Source of the DNA: a virus
Virus record (IMG/VR): IMGVR_UViG_3300027758_000008
Location: 9,524-73,523 of that record
DNA length: 64,000 bases
Strand: one strand, 5' to 3'
Shown: one piece after another, positions 17,889-24,702 of the stretch
Numbering within the stretch: the stretch's first letter is position 1
Layout: each line of letters begins with the position of its first letter
Position numbers and translations under genes: made by a program
Notes under the pieces: generated by a model
The model's database searches: none
The model's input: the letters and a program-made list of their open reading frames with translations, nothing else
What the model was told of the DNA's origin: nothing

Positions 17889-18596
17889 ATGATTGAAATA
17901 AAAAACAGATTTACAGGGGGAATTATCCACAGTGGTGATTTCCAAAGCGTTAAAGAATGTTTGCTTGATGCTATTAAAAATGACGCAAACCTACGGGGCG
18001 CAAACCTACGGGGCGCAGACCTACGGTACGCAAACCTAGAGGACGCAAACCTACGGGGCGCAGACCTACGGTACGCAAACCTAGAGGACGCAAACCTACT
18101 GGGCGCAAACCTACTGGACGCAGACCTAGGGGACGCAGACCTACGGTACGCAGACCTACTGGGCGCAAACCTACGGTACGCAGACCTAGGGGACGCAGAC
18201 CTAGGGGGCGCAAACCTAGGGGGCGCAAACCTAGGGGACGCAGACCTAGGGGGCGCAAACCTAGGGGGCGCAAACCTACGGTACGCAAACCTACGGGGCG
18301 CAGACCTACGGTACGCAAACCTAGGGGACGCAGACCTACGTTGGTGTGCTGGCAATAAATGCGAAATCAAATCACTATGGTTTAGTGATGTATACCCAAT
18401 AACCTATACATCGGAATATATGCAAATTGGCTGTGAGCGTCACAAAATTGCCGATTGGTGGGAATTTGACGACAAGCGCATTTTAAAAATGGATGGTAAA
18501 ACTGCATTGAAGTTTTGGCGGGAAAATAAAGATTTGATTAAGCAGATTGTTGACGCCAATCCAGCCAAGCCTACAGGCAAGGAGTCTGACAAATGA
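17889..18596 (+). CDS. Pentapeptide repeat protein
   Basis: About 24 A(N/D)Lxx repeats; C-terminal QIGCERH domain. Confidence 0.9.
   Translation: MIEIKNRFTGGIIHSGDFQSVKECLLDAIKNDANLRGANLRGADLRYANLEDANLRGADLRYANLEDANLLGANLLDADLGDADLRYADLLGANLRYADLGDADLGGANLGGANLGDADLGGANLGGANLRYANLRGADLRYANLGDADLRWCAGNKCEIKSLWFSDVYPITYTSEYMQIGCERHKIADWWEFDDKRILKMDGKTALKFWRENKDLIKQIVDANPAKPTGKESDK
17982..18340 (+). repeat. 15-bp tandem coding repeat, GCA(A/G)ACCTA core
   Basis: Directly visible near-perfect 15-mers. Confidence 0.95.
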
Positions 18597-18913
18597 CAAA
18601 ACAACAACTACTAGCGCTGTTGCGTGAGGCGCTATCTGACTGTATTTGCAAGGGTATAAGCATTAACGAGTATATCAAAGAGGTAGAGCGCACAAACCAC
18701 GTAGGTGATTTGGAGTTGCCGGCGCTTTCATCTGACACCCAATGCGAACATGAATATGTCGTTAGATATGACCACGGCACATGCAAAAAGTGCGGGTGGA
18801 TATTTACTGACGGCGGCTGGGGAACTGCTAAACGCATGTGGTTTAAAAGCCTTGATGATGCAAAGTTCTATAAGCAGCATGGTCGACTACCACAACCACC
18901 GGAGGGAGTATGA
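18593..18913 (+). CDS. Hypothetical Zn-binding protein
   Basis: CEH...CKKCG; homolog at 55128..55481. Confidence 0.7.
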   Translation: MTKQQLLALLREALSDCICKGISINEYIKEVERTNHVGDLELPALSSDTQCEHEYVVRYDHGTCKKCGWIFTDGGWGTAKRMWFKSLDDAKFYKQHGRLPQPPEGV

Positions 18914-19200
18914 GTGAGTTAAAGCAAATGTTAAGTCTTCAATTAAGACTGGCGAGAAAGTCGGGGGCGAATGCTATGGCTGATTTACTTGGCAACTCGA
19001 AAAGAGAAATCGAGCGGCTAGAATCACAGGTTAGGCAAATGTCAGAGTTATGCTTGACGGTTGAGGAAGTAAATTCAATCAAAGCCGATGCTGTGCGTGA
19101 GGCTGCTAAAGAAATTAACTGGACTGCACTTACAAAGCCGCAGCAGGCAAAGGACGCGCTTGTTTATCTGGCGAACAAATTGGAGAAGGGCGAGTTATGA
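18910..19200 (+). CDS. Hypothetical coiled-coil protein
   Basis: ATGA-coupled ORF; shares KADAVREA and KLExGEL with 55478..55771. Confidence 0.65.
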   Translation: MSELKQMLSLQLRLARKSGANAMADLLGNSKREIERLESQVRQMSELCLTVEEVNSIKADAVREAAKEINWTALTKPQQAKDALVYLANKLEKGEL

Positions 19201-19493
19201 AAACCTGCGAATACCTGCGAAAGCGGATGCTGAATGAGTTGGTAACAATTCATGGCCCTAATTGCTGCGAGTACGCTGACATTGATGATGTAATCGAATT
19301 CATCCTCAGCCGCGACAAAGACCTTGCTGTATCTGTTTCTGAGTTCGTAAGCGCAACAGGAAGTAAAATCAAGGCCGCCGAGAAGTTAGGATGCAGCCGA
19401 AACACGATTTTGCGCTATGAAGATGACACAGATTGCAAATACCACCACGTTTACAATGGCCGATTGTTTACGGCTAAGGGTAGCGCGCAGTGA
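19197..19493 (+). CDS. NinH-like HTH protein
   Basis: AAEKLGCSRNTILRYEDD...HHVYNG resembles lambda NinH. Confidence 0.65.
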   Translation: MKTCEYLRKRMLNELVTIHGPNCCEYADIDDVIEFILSRDKDLAVSVSEFVSATGSKIKAAEKLGCSRNTILRYEDDTDCKYHHVYNGRLFTAKGSAQ

Positions 19494-19669
19494 GTCAGGG
19501 TGTCTTATTCGGATACAGTGAAACATATTACGAGATACACGCGTATCTAATTGATGTCTGCTCGTATTCTAACGAGGCTGCACATGATTACATTTTAGAG
19601 GCTTGCCCGCATGTGCTGGCGCATGATTTTGTGCCAGCGCCCGTTACAAGTTTGGAGTATGAAGAATGA
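19490..19669 (+). CDS. Hypothetical protein, 59 aa
   Basis: Hand-translated; overlaps its neighbours by GTGA/ATGA. Confidence 0.55.
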   Translation: MSQGVLFGYSETYYEIHAYLIDVCSYSNEAAHDYILEACPHVLAHDFVPAPVTSLEYEE

Positions 19670-19851
19670 CCAAAAACACAGGCAAAGCATCGTCGCCAGG
19701 ATACCGAAAAGTCGCGACAATATACTGCCCAATCTACGGCTACGAGATAGAGCGCACTATTTGCGAGCACGACGATGTTTGGCTTGTTGACGTTTGGGGC
19801 GTTCCGTATCGGTGGGAGTGGGTGAAATCAGTGAAGGTGTATTGGCGATGA
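19666..19851 (+). CDS. Hypothetical protein
   Basis: First 12 aa identical to 56162..56365. Confidence 0.6.
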   Translation: MTKNTGKASSPGYRKVATIYCPIYGYEIERTICEHDDVWLVDVWGVPYRWEWVKSVKVYWR

Positions 19852-20117
19852 ATATGGAGCCGTTTAATTTTTGCATACAATGGATGGTGTACGATTATTT
19901 GCCAACCCTGAAAACCGGAGACTTCCTACCTGGTCAACTTTGCATGCCCGATAGGATAGGCGTTGAGCGAAAGACGTATCGAGAAGTGTTACGCGTTCTG
20001 GATTTCCATGGAGTTATAAGTGTCAAGCATGGCAAACCCACAAAGTTCATAAGCCTTAACAAGCCTGGACTGCTGTACGTCATGGAGCGTAAAGGCTTAA
20101 CTGGTCAAACCACATAA
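19848..20117 (+). CDS. FadR-like (GntR family) winged-helix DNA-binding domain only, 89 aa
   Basis: GDFLP...IGVERKTYREVLRVLDFHGVISVKHGKPTK aligns by eye with FadR GTILP...[30 protein letters not shown]; no effector domain. Confidence 0.8.
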   Translation: MNMEPFNFCIQWMVYDYLPTLKTGDFLPGQLCMPDRIGVERKTYREVLRVLDFHGVISVKHGKPTKFISLNKPGLLYVMERKGLTGQTT

Positions 20118-20137
20118 TCGAAAAATGGTGGTATATT
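20102..20137 (+). promoter_or_regulatory. FadR-like box (20102..20112) - 19 nt - extended -10 TGGTATATT
   Basis: Counterpart at 56690..56725. Confidence 0.75.
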
Positions 20138-20185
20138 AACCACACTAACAACACCGCAGCAGTATCGCGGATAACGGAGATACTC

Positions 20186-20362
20186 ATGCGTAGAAGAAAT
20201 ATAGAGGCACCTTTTGTACAAATTAGCAAGAATGCTAAGATTTTTGAGTGCGGCATTTTGGTCGCTATTGTTCTTACTGTTTTTGCCTTTGCTGTTTGCT
20301 CTGTCGGGCCAATGATTATTGGTGATTCACTACCGGAAGCAACCAAGGCAATCACAGAATAG
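20186..20362 (+). CDS. Small single-TM protein, 58 aa
   Basis: Hand-translated MRRRNIEAPFVQ...; GGAG RBS; homolog at 57362..57496. Confidence 0.65.
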   Translation: MRRRNIEAPFVQISKNAKIFECGILVAIVLTVFAFAVCSVGPMIIGDSLPEATKAITE

Positions 20363-20369
20363 TTTCAAC

Positions 20370-20450
20370 GCCACCGGCAGTCACGCATAATTTAACTGTT
20401 AGCGCAGTCGCGATGTGTGGCTACCTCAAACCGGTGGCTCCATTTTTGGA
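20370..20450 (+). ncRNA. Candidate structured intergenic RNA element
   Basis: Nested stems GCCACCGG/CCGGTGGC, AGTCACGCAT/ATGTGTGGCT, ACTG/CAGT; conserved at 57940..58020. Confidence 0.5.
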
Positions 20451-20456
20451 GGGAAT

Positions 20457-21080
20457 ATGATTCACAGCGTAGAAGACAAAACACAAAAAGAACTTGTCGA
20501 GATTGTCAAGATTCAGATGGAGGAATACGAGAAGTTATTAAAGACTGAAAAGCAAACCGGAGCAATGCTGAACGAAGCGCTGGAGGCTCTCAAAGCAGCA
20601 GAGCGTGAGCGGGATGATTTGGAGAAACGACTATCAATTTACGAAAGTAAGGATAATCAATATGCGAATAAATTAAAAAGAATGCTGAAACTGCAAGCGC
20701 AGCTACACAAAAAGCAAGGGGCCGAGTCTCTTGGAGTGTTATTTGATAGCGCATTGTCAGAGATTGAAGCGTTAGAAAAGCGCGAAAAAGCAGTAGATAT
20801 AGAACGGTATGTATTATCTTACTGCCTAAATTTCATTAAAGATTTCGCAACCCATGATTCTGAGAGCAAAGACGCTGCTTTTTTACGACTGAAAAACACT
20901 ATTAATGACAGCCATGTCAGAGCTAATGAGCTCTTAAACAAATTCGCCATTGAGCAGCAGATTAAAGGAGCAAAAGCAGCAGGAAGCAAGTTAATTCAAA
21001 GTCATGAAGGACAAAAGAAGCAATGGTTTGATGAAGTCTTTATTGGTCAACTACGCCAACAACTAAACGGGGGTGAGTGA
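20457..21080 (+). CDS. Hypothetical coiled-coil protein
   Basis: Start MIHSVEDK after GGAGG; both ends shared with 58027..58440. Confidence 0.7.
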   Translation: MIHSVEDKTQKELVEIVKIQMEEYEKLLKTEKQTGAMLNEALEALKAAERERDDLEKRLSIYESKDNQYANKLKRMLKLQAQLHKKQGAESLGVLFDSALSEIEALEKREKAVDIERYVLSYCLNFIKDFATHDSESKDAAFLRLKNTINDSHVRANELLNKFAIEQQIKGAKAAGSKLIQSHEGQKKQWFDEVFIGQLRQQLNGGE

Positions 21081-21202
21081 TGATTCTAACACGCTGGCTA
21101 AACGGCTGGACAATCGAAAACATAGCAGCAAAGCACGGCATACGCGTTGAAACTGTTGTGGCTTATTTGCGGGTTCGTAGTGGGGAGTGGGTGAGCCGGT
21201 AA
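21080..21202 (+). CDS. Tiny HTH-like protein, 40 aa
   Basis: Hand-translated MILTRWLNGWTIENIAAKHGIRVETV...; conserved from 58440. Confidence 0.6.
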   Translation: MILTRWLNGWTIENIAAKHGIRVETVVAYLRVRSGEWVSR

Positions 21203-21203
21203 T

Positions 21204-21644
21204 TTAACCGGCTTTACCACCAAACTTACCCATAGCCTTTTCAACGATAGCGCCCATGTACGGGGCTGAGAAGTAAAACGCCAATATCAGCATCATGGCC
21301 CCGTTCATCTGTTCAGCATAACCACCAATGACAGTTGCGCTTGCTCGCCATTGCTCAGGCTGTGAAGCCCATACAGCAACCAAATTCATTACCATGCTAA
21401 ATACATACATAAACAGCCACACAAACGTAATCATGACCGCAAGAAGCCGCCTTGCTAGGTTTTGTCCGCTAGTGTTAGCCATCCAGTCTATTATCATCTT
21501 TCTGGCTTCTGCGCGCTCTGTGGCTGCGTCTGCCGCCTTCTCTTCGTCAGTATAGAATAGCGCGTCGCCTGCATCTCGAATCATCGAGACGCCTTCTTTT
21601 ACGACATCAGATGAACCAAACAATCTACCCCAGAAACTAGCCAT
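21204..21644 (-). CDS. Putative holin
   Basis: TM segments; last gene of the lysis cassette. Confidence 0.6.
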   Translation of the reverse strand: MASFWGRLFGSSDVVKEGVSMIRDAGDALFYTDEEKAADAATERAEARKMIIDWMANTSGQNLARRLLAVMITFVWLFMYVFSMVMNLVAVWASQPEQWRASATVIGGYAEQMNGAMMLILAFYFSAPYMGAIVEKAMGKFGGKAG

Positions 21645-22036
21645 TAGCTTGCAATCTCCAAAACAAAACTATCTTCACCATACCACTGTAAAAGTAATTC
21701 GCAAGCTTTCAGTGAATCCACCGCGACAGGTTCGCTGGTCATTGGTCCGCCTTTAATGTCTAGGCATGGGGCGACGCAGCCCAGCAGGTGCTTGAGTAGT
21801 GACGCGGGGTGAATCTCAATATTGGTACGAGGGTCAGTTTCTTCGTTGCGGAATTTGTACCAGTGATGCTTGCCGGTGTGGTCACGGTCAACGATGTACT
21901 GACCTTCTGGGATGCAGGATTTGCCGATTTGGTTATTACGCCAGGGTAGCTCCAATGTGTAGATTAGCTGGCCGTCTGGTAGATACCATTCGCCAGCCGT
22001 ATAGTGTTTGTGGTAGTTACGTTTAATTGCTGCCAT
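21644..22036 (-). CDS. DUF5675-like protein, candidate endolysin
   Basis: TLELPW...SCIPEGQY...IEIHPA...GC; flanked by membrane genes. Confidence 0.65.
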   Translation of the reverse strand: MAAIKRNYHKHYTAGEWYLPDGQLIYTLELPWRNNQIGKSCIPEGQYIVDRDHTGKHHWYKFRNEETDPRTNIEIHPASLLKHLLGCVAPCLDIKGGPMTSEPVAVDSLKACELLLQWYGEDSFVLEIAS

Positions 22037-22364
22037 AGTTCAACAAGGCGACTATAACAGCCGCCACCCCAGTACCACCAAGCAATGCAGCGGTTACAAC
22101 CTTCCATATCAGCCCGCGCACACCGTCAACAACAGGCTTCATTGCTGCGATAGTTTCACTATGCACATCTAGCTTGTTTTTAACAGATGATAACTCAGCG
22201 CTAACCGTGTCGTGTTTCGACGCGTATACAGCAAATTGCGTTGCCTGATTATTCATAGCATCAGTGAGCCTATCTAAAGAAGTGAGCACTTTCGTAGTGC
22301 CTTCCTCTAGTGAAGATATGCGGTATTGGTGGTCGTTAACGGTCTTTTGTAATTCTTCGCTCAT
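22023..22364 (-). CDS. Coiled-coil protein with C-terminal TM (lysis cassette)
   Basis: Heptad pattern followed by a hydrophobic tail. Confidence 0.6.
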   Translation of the reverse strand: MSEELQKTVNDHQYRISSLEEGTTKVLTSLDRLTDAMNNQATQFAVYASKHDTVSAELSSVKNKLDVHSETIAAMKPVVDGVRGLIWKVVTAALLGGTGVAAVIVALLNYGSN

Positions 22365-22387
22365 GGGATTTCAACTGTTTAAGCAAT

Positions 22388-22762
22388 TTAATTAATAAAA
22401 GGCCGGAAACTGCTACCAGTGCGCAACCGATGCACAATATTACTGACAGCACTTAGACCTCCGTTGACTATTATAGTTAATTCAAAGGATAACAGAATTA
22501 AACTAAAGTTTAACGGCCAGTCATATAACACGGGGAAAACATCATAACCGGCTAGTAAAAATAGATAAAATGCGCCCAAAATAAACTGCATTGACGCATA
22601 TATGGTCGTGATTTTACTAGGTATTTCGGAGCAAATAAAGATAGTCAGCGTTGTTGTTAGTAACAACGCTGTATAGTAAGCGGAAAATGAAGCATCATAA
22701 AAAATAAATTGTACTGCATAAACCAAAATATAAGATGCAAGTATTACCTTGCAATCGTTCAT
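22388..22762 (-). CDS. Multi-TM membrane protein (lysis cassette)
   Basis: About four hydrophobic segments. Confidence 0.6.
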   Translation of the reverse strand: MNDCKVILASYILVYAVQFIFYDASFSAYYTALLLTTTLTIFICSEIPSKITTIYASMQFILGAFYLFLLAGYDVFPVLYDWPLNFSLILLSFELTIIVNGGLSAVSNIVHRLRTGSSFRPFIN

Positions 22763-22854
22763 TTCTTAGGTGGCTTCCGGTTTGTCTTGCTTGTGTCGCG
22801 AGGTTTCTTCCTGCCTACTGGCATCGCGCTGCGACCTTCTGTTTTGGTGCTCAT
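22759..22854 (-). CDS. Basic micropeptide, 31 aa
   Basis: MSTKTEGRSAMPVGRKKPRDTSKTNRKPPKK; GAGGA RBS; ATGA overlap with the next gene. Confidence 0.55.
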   Translation of the reverse strand: MSTKTEGRSAMPVGRKKPRDTSKTNRKPPKK

Positions 22855-22864
22855 AACTCAATCC

Positions 22865-24697
22865 TCAACTTTGGCTAAAATACCAACCGCTCAACGCGAT
22901 TCGAATATTGCTAGTAGATGCTGGTATGTTCGACGTACCAACCTCTAATCCGTTTGTGCTAGGGTCATTTTGTCTAAACTCTATATAGCTGGAGCCAGGA
23001 ATAACCGAAGCGCTCAAAAACATAGTATCATCAAACGTTACATTTTGTACAACACCAAGACTACAGGCGAAATCATAAAATGATATTCCTGCTGCACCGG
23101 CTGTTTTCGACGTAAACGGAAGTGATGCTATTCTGAAATTGCCTGACGCTGTGGTAAACGCATTGGTGTCAAATCTTACTGTCATAGCAAAATACACCAT
23201 GTCGCCTATTTTTCTATACGTACCTTCCTGAATGAGATAGGTGGGCGAGAAGTCGCCAGGTGTCGCAAATGTTACAGTTGGTGTAAACGTCCCGCTGGTT
23301 GGCGTGAAATTTCCGGCACGGATAGTTTGCTCAACGCCCTTTGATGAAACAGACAGCCCCATGTTTTTCGCAATTGTCTGAGCCATGTTTTTATGACCGG
23401 CAGGTGTGGGGTGTGCGCCATCAGATAAAAACCCGTACGTATCGCGAAGCTCAGATATGCTTAACAATGAGCCGTCACTGCTTAATAGGTCCGGCAATGG
23501 GATATAAACAGCGCCAGCGACCTCGCTTGCCATCTGCCTTAATTCCTGTCTAATCCATGTTGACGAGTCGTAACCCCAGTTTGTATCAATAACATAAAGC
23601 TTTGTTTTGTTGCTCTTGACCTGTGTGACAAGGTAGTCAAGCTTGCTTGCTACTGTCACTTTCTCACCGGCGCTAGAATCCCTGTCGTTGTACCCTAATG
23701 CAAAAATAAGCGTCTCAGATGTACAGGCATCGTCAAAAACACTGTTATCCGTATGAAGAATTTTGCGGCCAGGGTCAGAAAAATTGTTAACGACGAAATC
23801 ATCAAACGCATTCAGATATTGGATACCTGTGATTTCAACGGTTCCCGACACCACCTCAATTCGAATGTCAGAAGTACCGTCACCACTGTCCACCATTGCG
23901 ACCAGTGGAGATATGGCCGAACCATCCTCTGTGGCATTACTGTCTACTGTTTGTTGTACAGTGCCGCCACCATTGTTCGAGATAGTAAACGTACCGCCGC
24001 CGCTAAATGCGCGATAAAAAACCCTGAATTGAGTTGTTTCAAATGGAACATTGAAATCAAGATAATCTCCAGGTGTAGAGCTATACCGAGAAAACCCATT
24101 GATAACAGTCGTAGCGTCACCAAGGTTTTTAAAATTCCATGAACCGCTAGTTGTCACTGAGTGGTAGTCGTTGTATGTACCCTCGGCATTGGTGGCAACA
24201 CCCCTGGAACTGATAAATCCTATGCTTTCTGAGCCGTTTTCCAGCAAAAGCAACTTGCGCAGCACTGCCGCATAACTGTCCGAATATACGTCTGGACAGT
24301 TCGAACCCCAACTTATGGAGTCACCCAAAATACTAACAGATCGTCCAGACCATTTATCAGTAATAGTGGATTTAACGCCGCTCAACATGTCGCCCTGCGG
24401 CTCACGCGTGTCCACGTACTTGAATTTTTCAGTAATTGATATATAGCTATCAATGCTATTCACACTAAGCCGGTACTCTCCAGGCTCAACGTAAACGACC
24501 ACCTGACCATTCGAGTTGGTCGTTTTTGATGTAGCGCCGTTGGTGTAGAATTCATCGTCATACATTATGGCAACTACACCCGATTCTCTGTGGTACATCG
24601 AGCAAACCGCACCGGTTACAACCTGTTTTCCGCTAGACTGAGCCGATGCTGTGTCTCGCTCTAGCGCTGTTATCGTATGGGGTACAAGTGCCATCAT
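22865..24697 (-). CDS. Tail spike / receptor-binding protein with SGNH esterase domain
   Basis: Last tail gene; ILGDSIS, LGYND, DGAHP; N-terminal ~85 aa shared with 60506..62491. Confidence 0.75.
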   Translation of the reverse strand: MMALVPHTITALERDTASAQSSGKQVVTGAVCSMYHRESGVVAIMYDDEFYTNGATSKTTNSNGQVVVYVEPGEYRLSVNSIDSYISITEKFKYVDTREPQGDMLSGVKSTITDKWSGRSVSILGDSISWGSNCPDVYSDSYAAVLRKLLLLENGSESIGFISSRGVATNAEGTYNDYHSVTTSGSWNFKNLGDATTVINGFSRYSSTPGDYLDFNVPFETTQFRVFYRAFSGGGTFTISNNGGGTVQQTVDSNATEDGSAISPLVAMVDSGDGTSDIRIEVVSGTVEITGIQYLNAFDDFVVNNFSDPGRKILHTDNSVFDDACTSETLIFALGYNDRDSSAGEKVTVASKLDYLVTQVKSNKTKLYVIDTNWGYDSSTWIRQELRQMASEVAGAVYIPLPDLLSSDGSLLSISELRDTYGFLSDGAHPTPAGHKNMAQTIAKNMGLSVSSKGVEQTIRAGNFTPTSGTFTPTVTFATPGDFSPTYLIQEGTYRKIGDMVYFAMTVRFDTNAFTTASGNFRIASLPFTSKTAGAAGISFYDFACSLGVVQNVTFDDTMFLSASVIPGSSYIEFRQNDPSTNGLEVGTSNIPASTSNIRIALSGWYFSQS

Positions 24698-24702
24698 TTC
24701 AC

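Noticed and set aside
17982-18340. Possible CRISPR array
   Set aside because: Contiguous 15-bp coding units with no spacers and no cas genes.
17834-18370. Minus-strand repetitive ORFs (178 and 114 aa)
   Set aside because: Shadows of the stop-free 15-bp pentapeptide repeats.
22865-24697. Diversity-generating retroelement or invertible tail-fibre system
   Set aside because: No reverse transcriptase, invertase or TR/VR pair seen.
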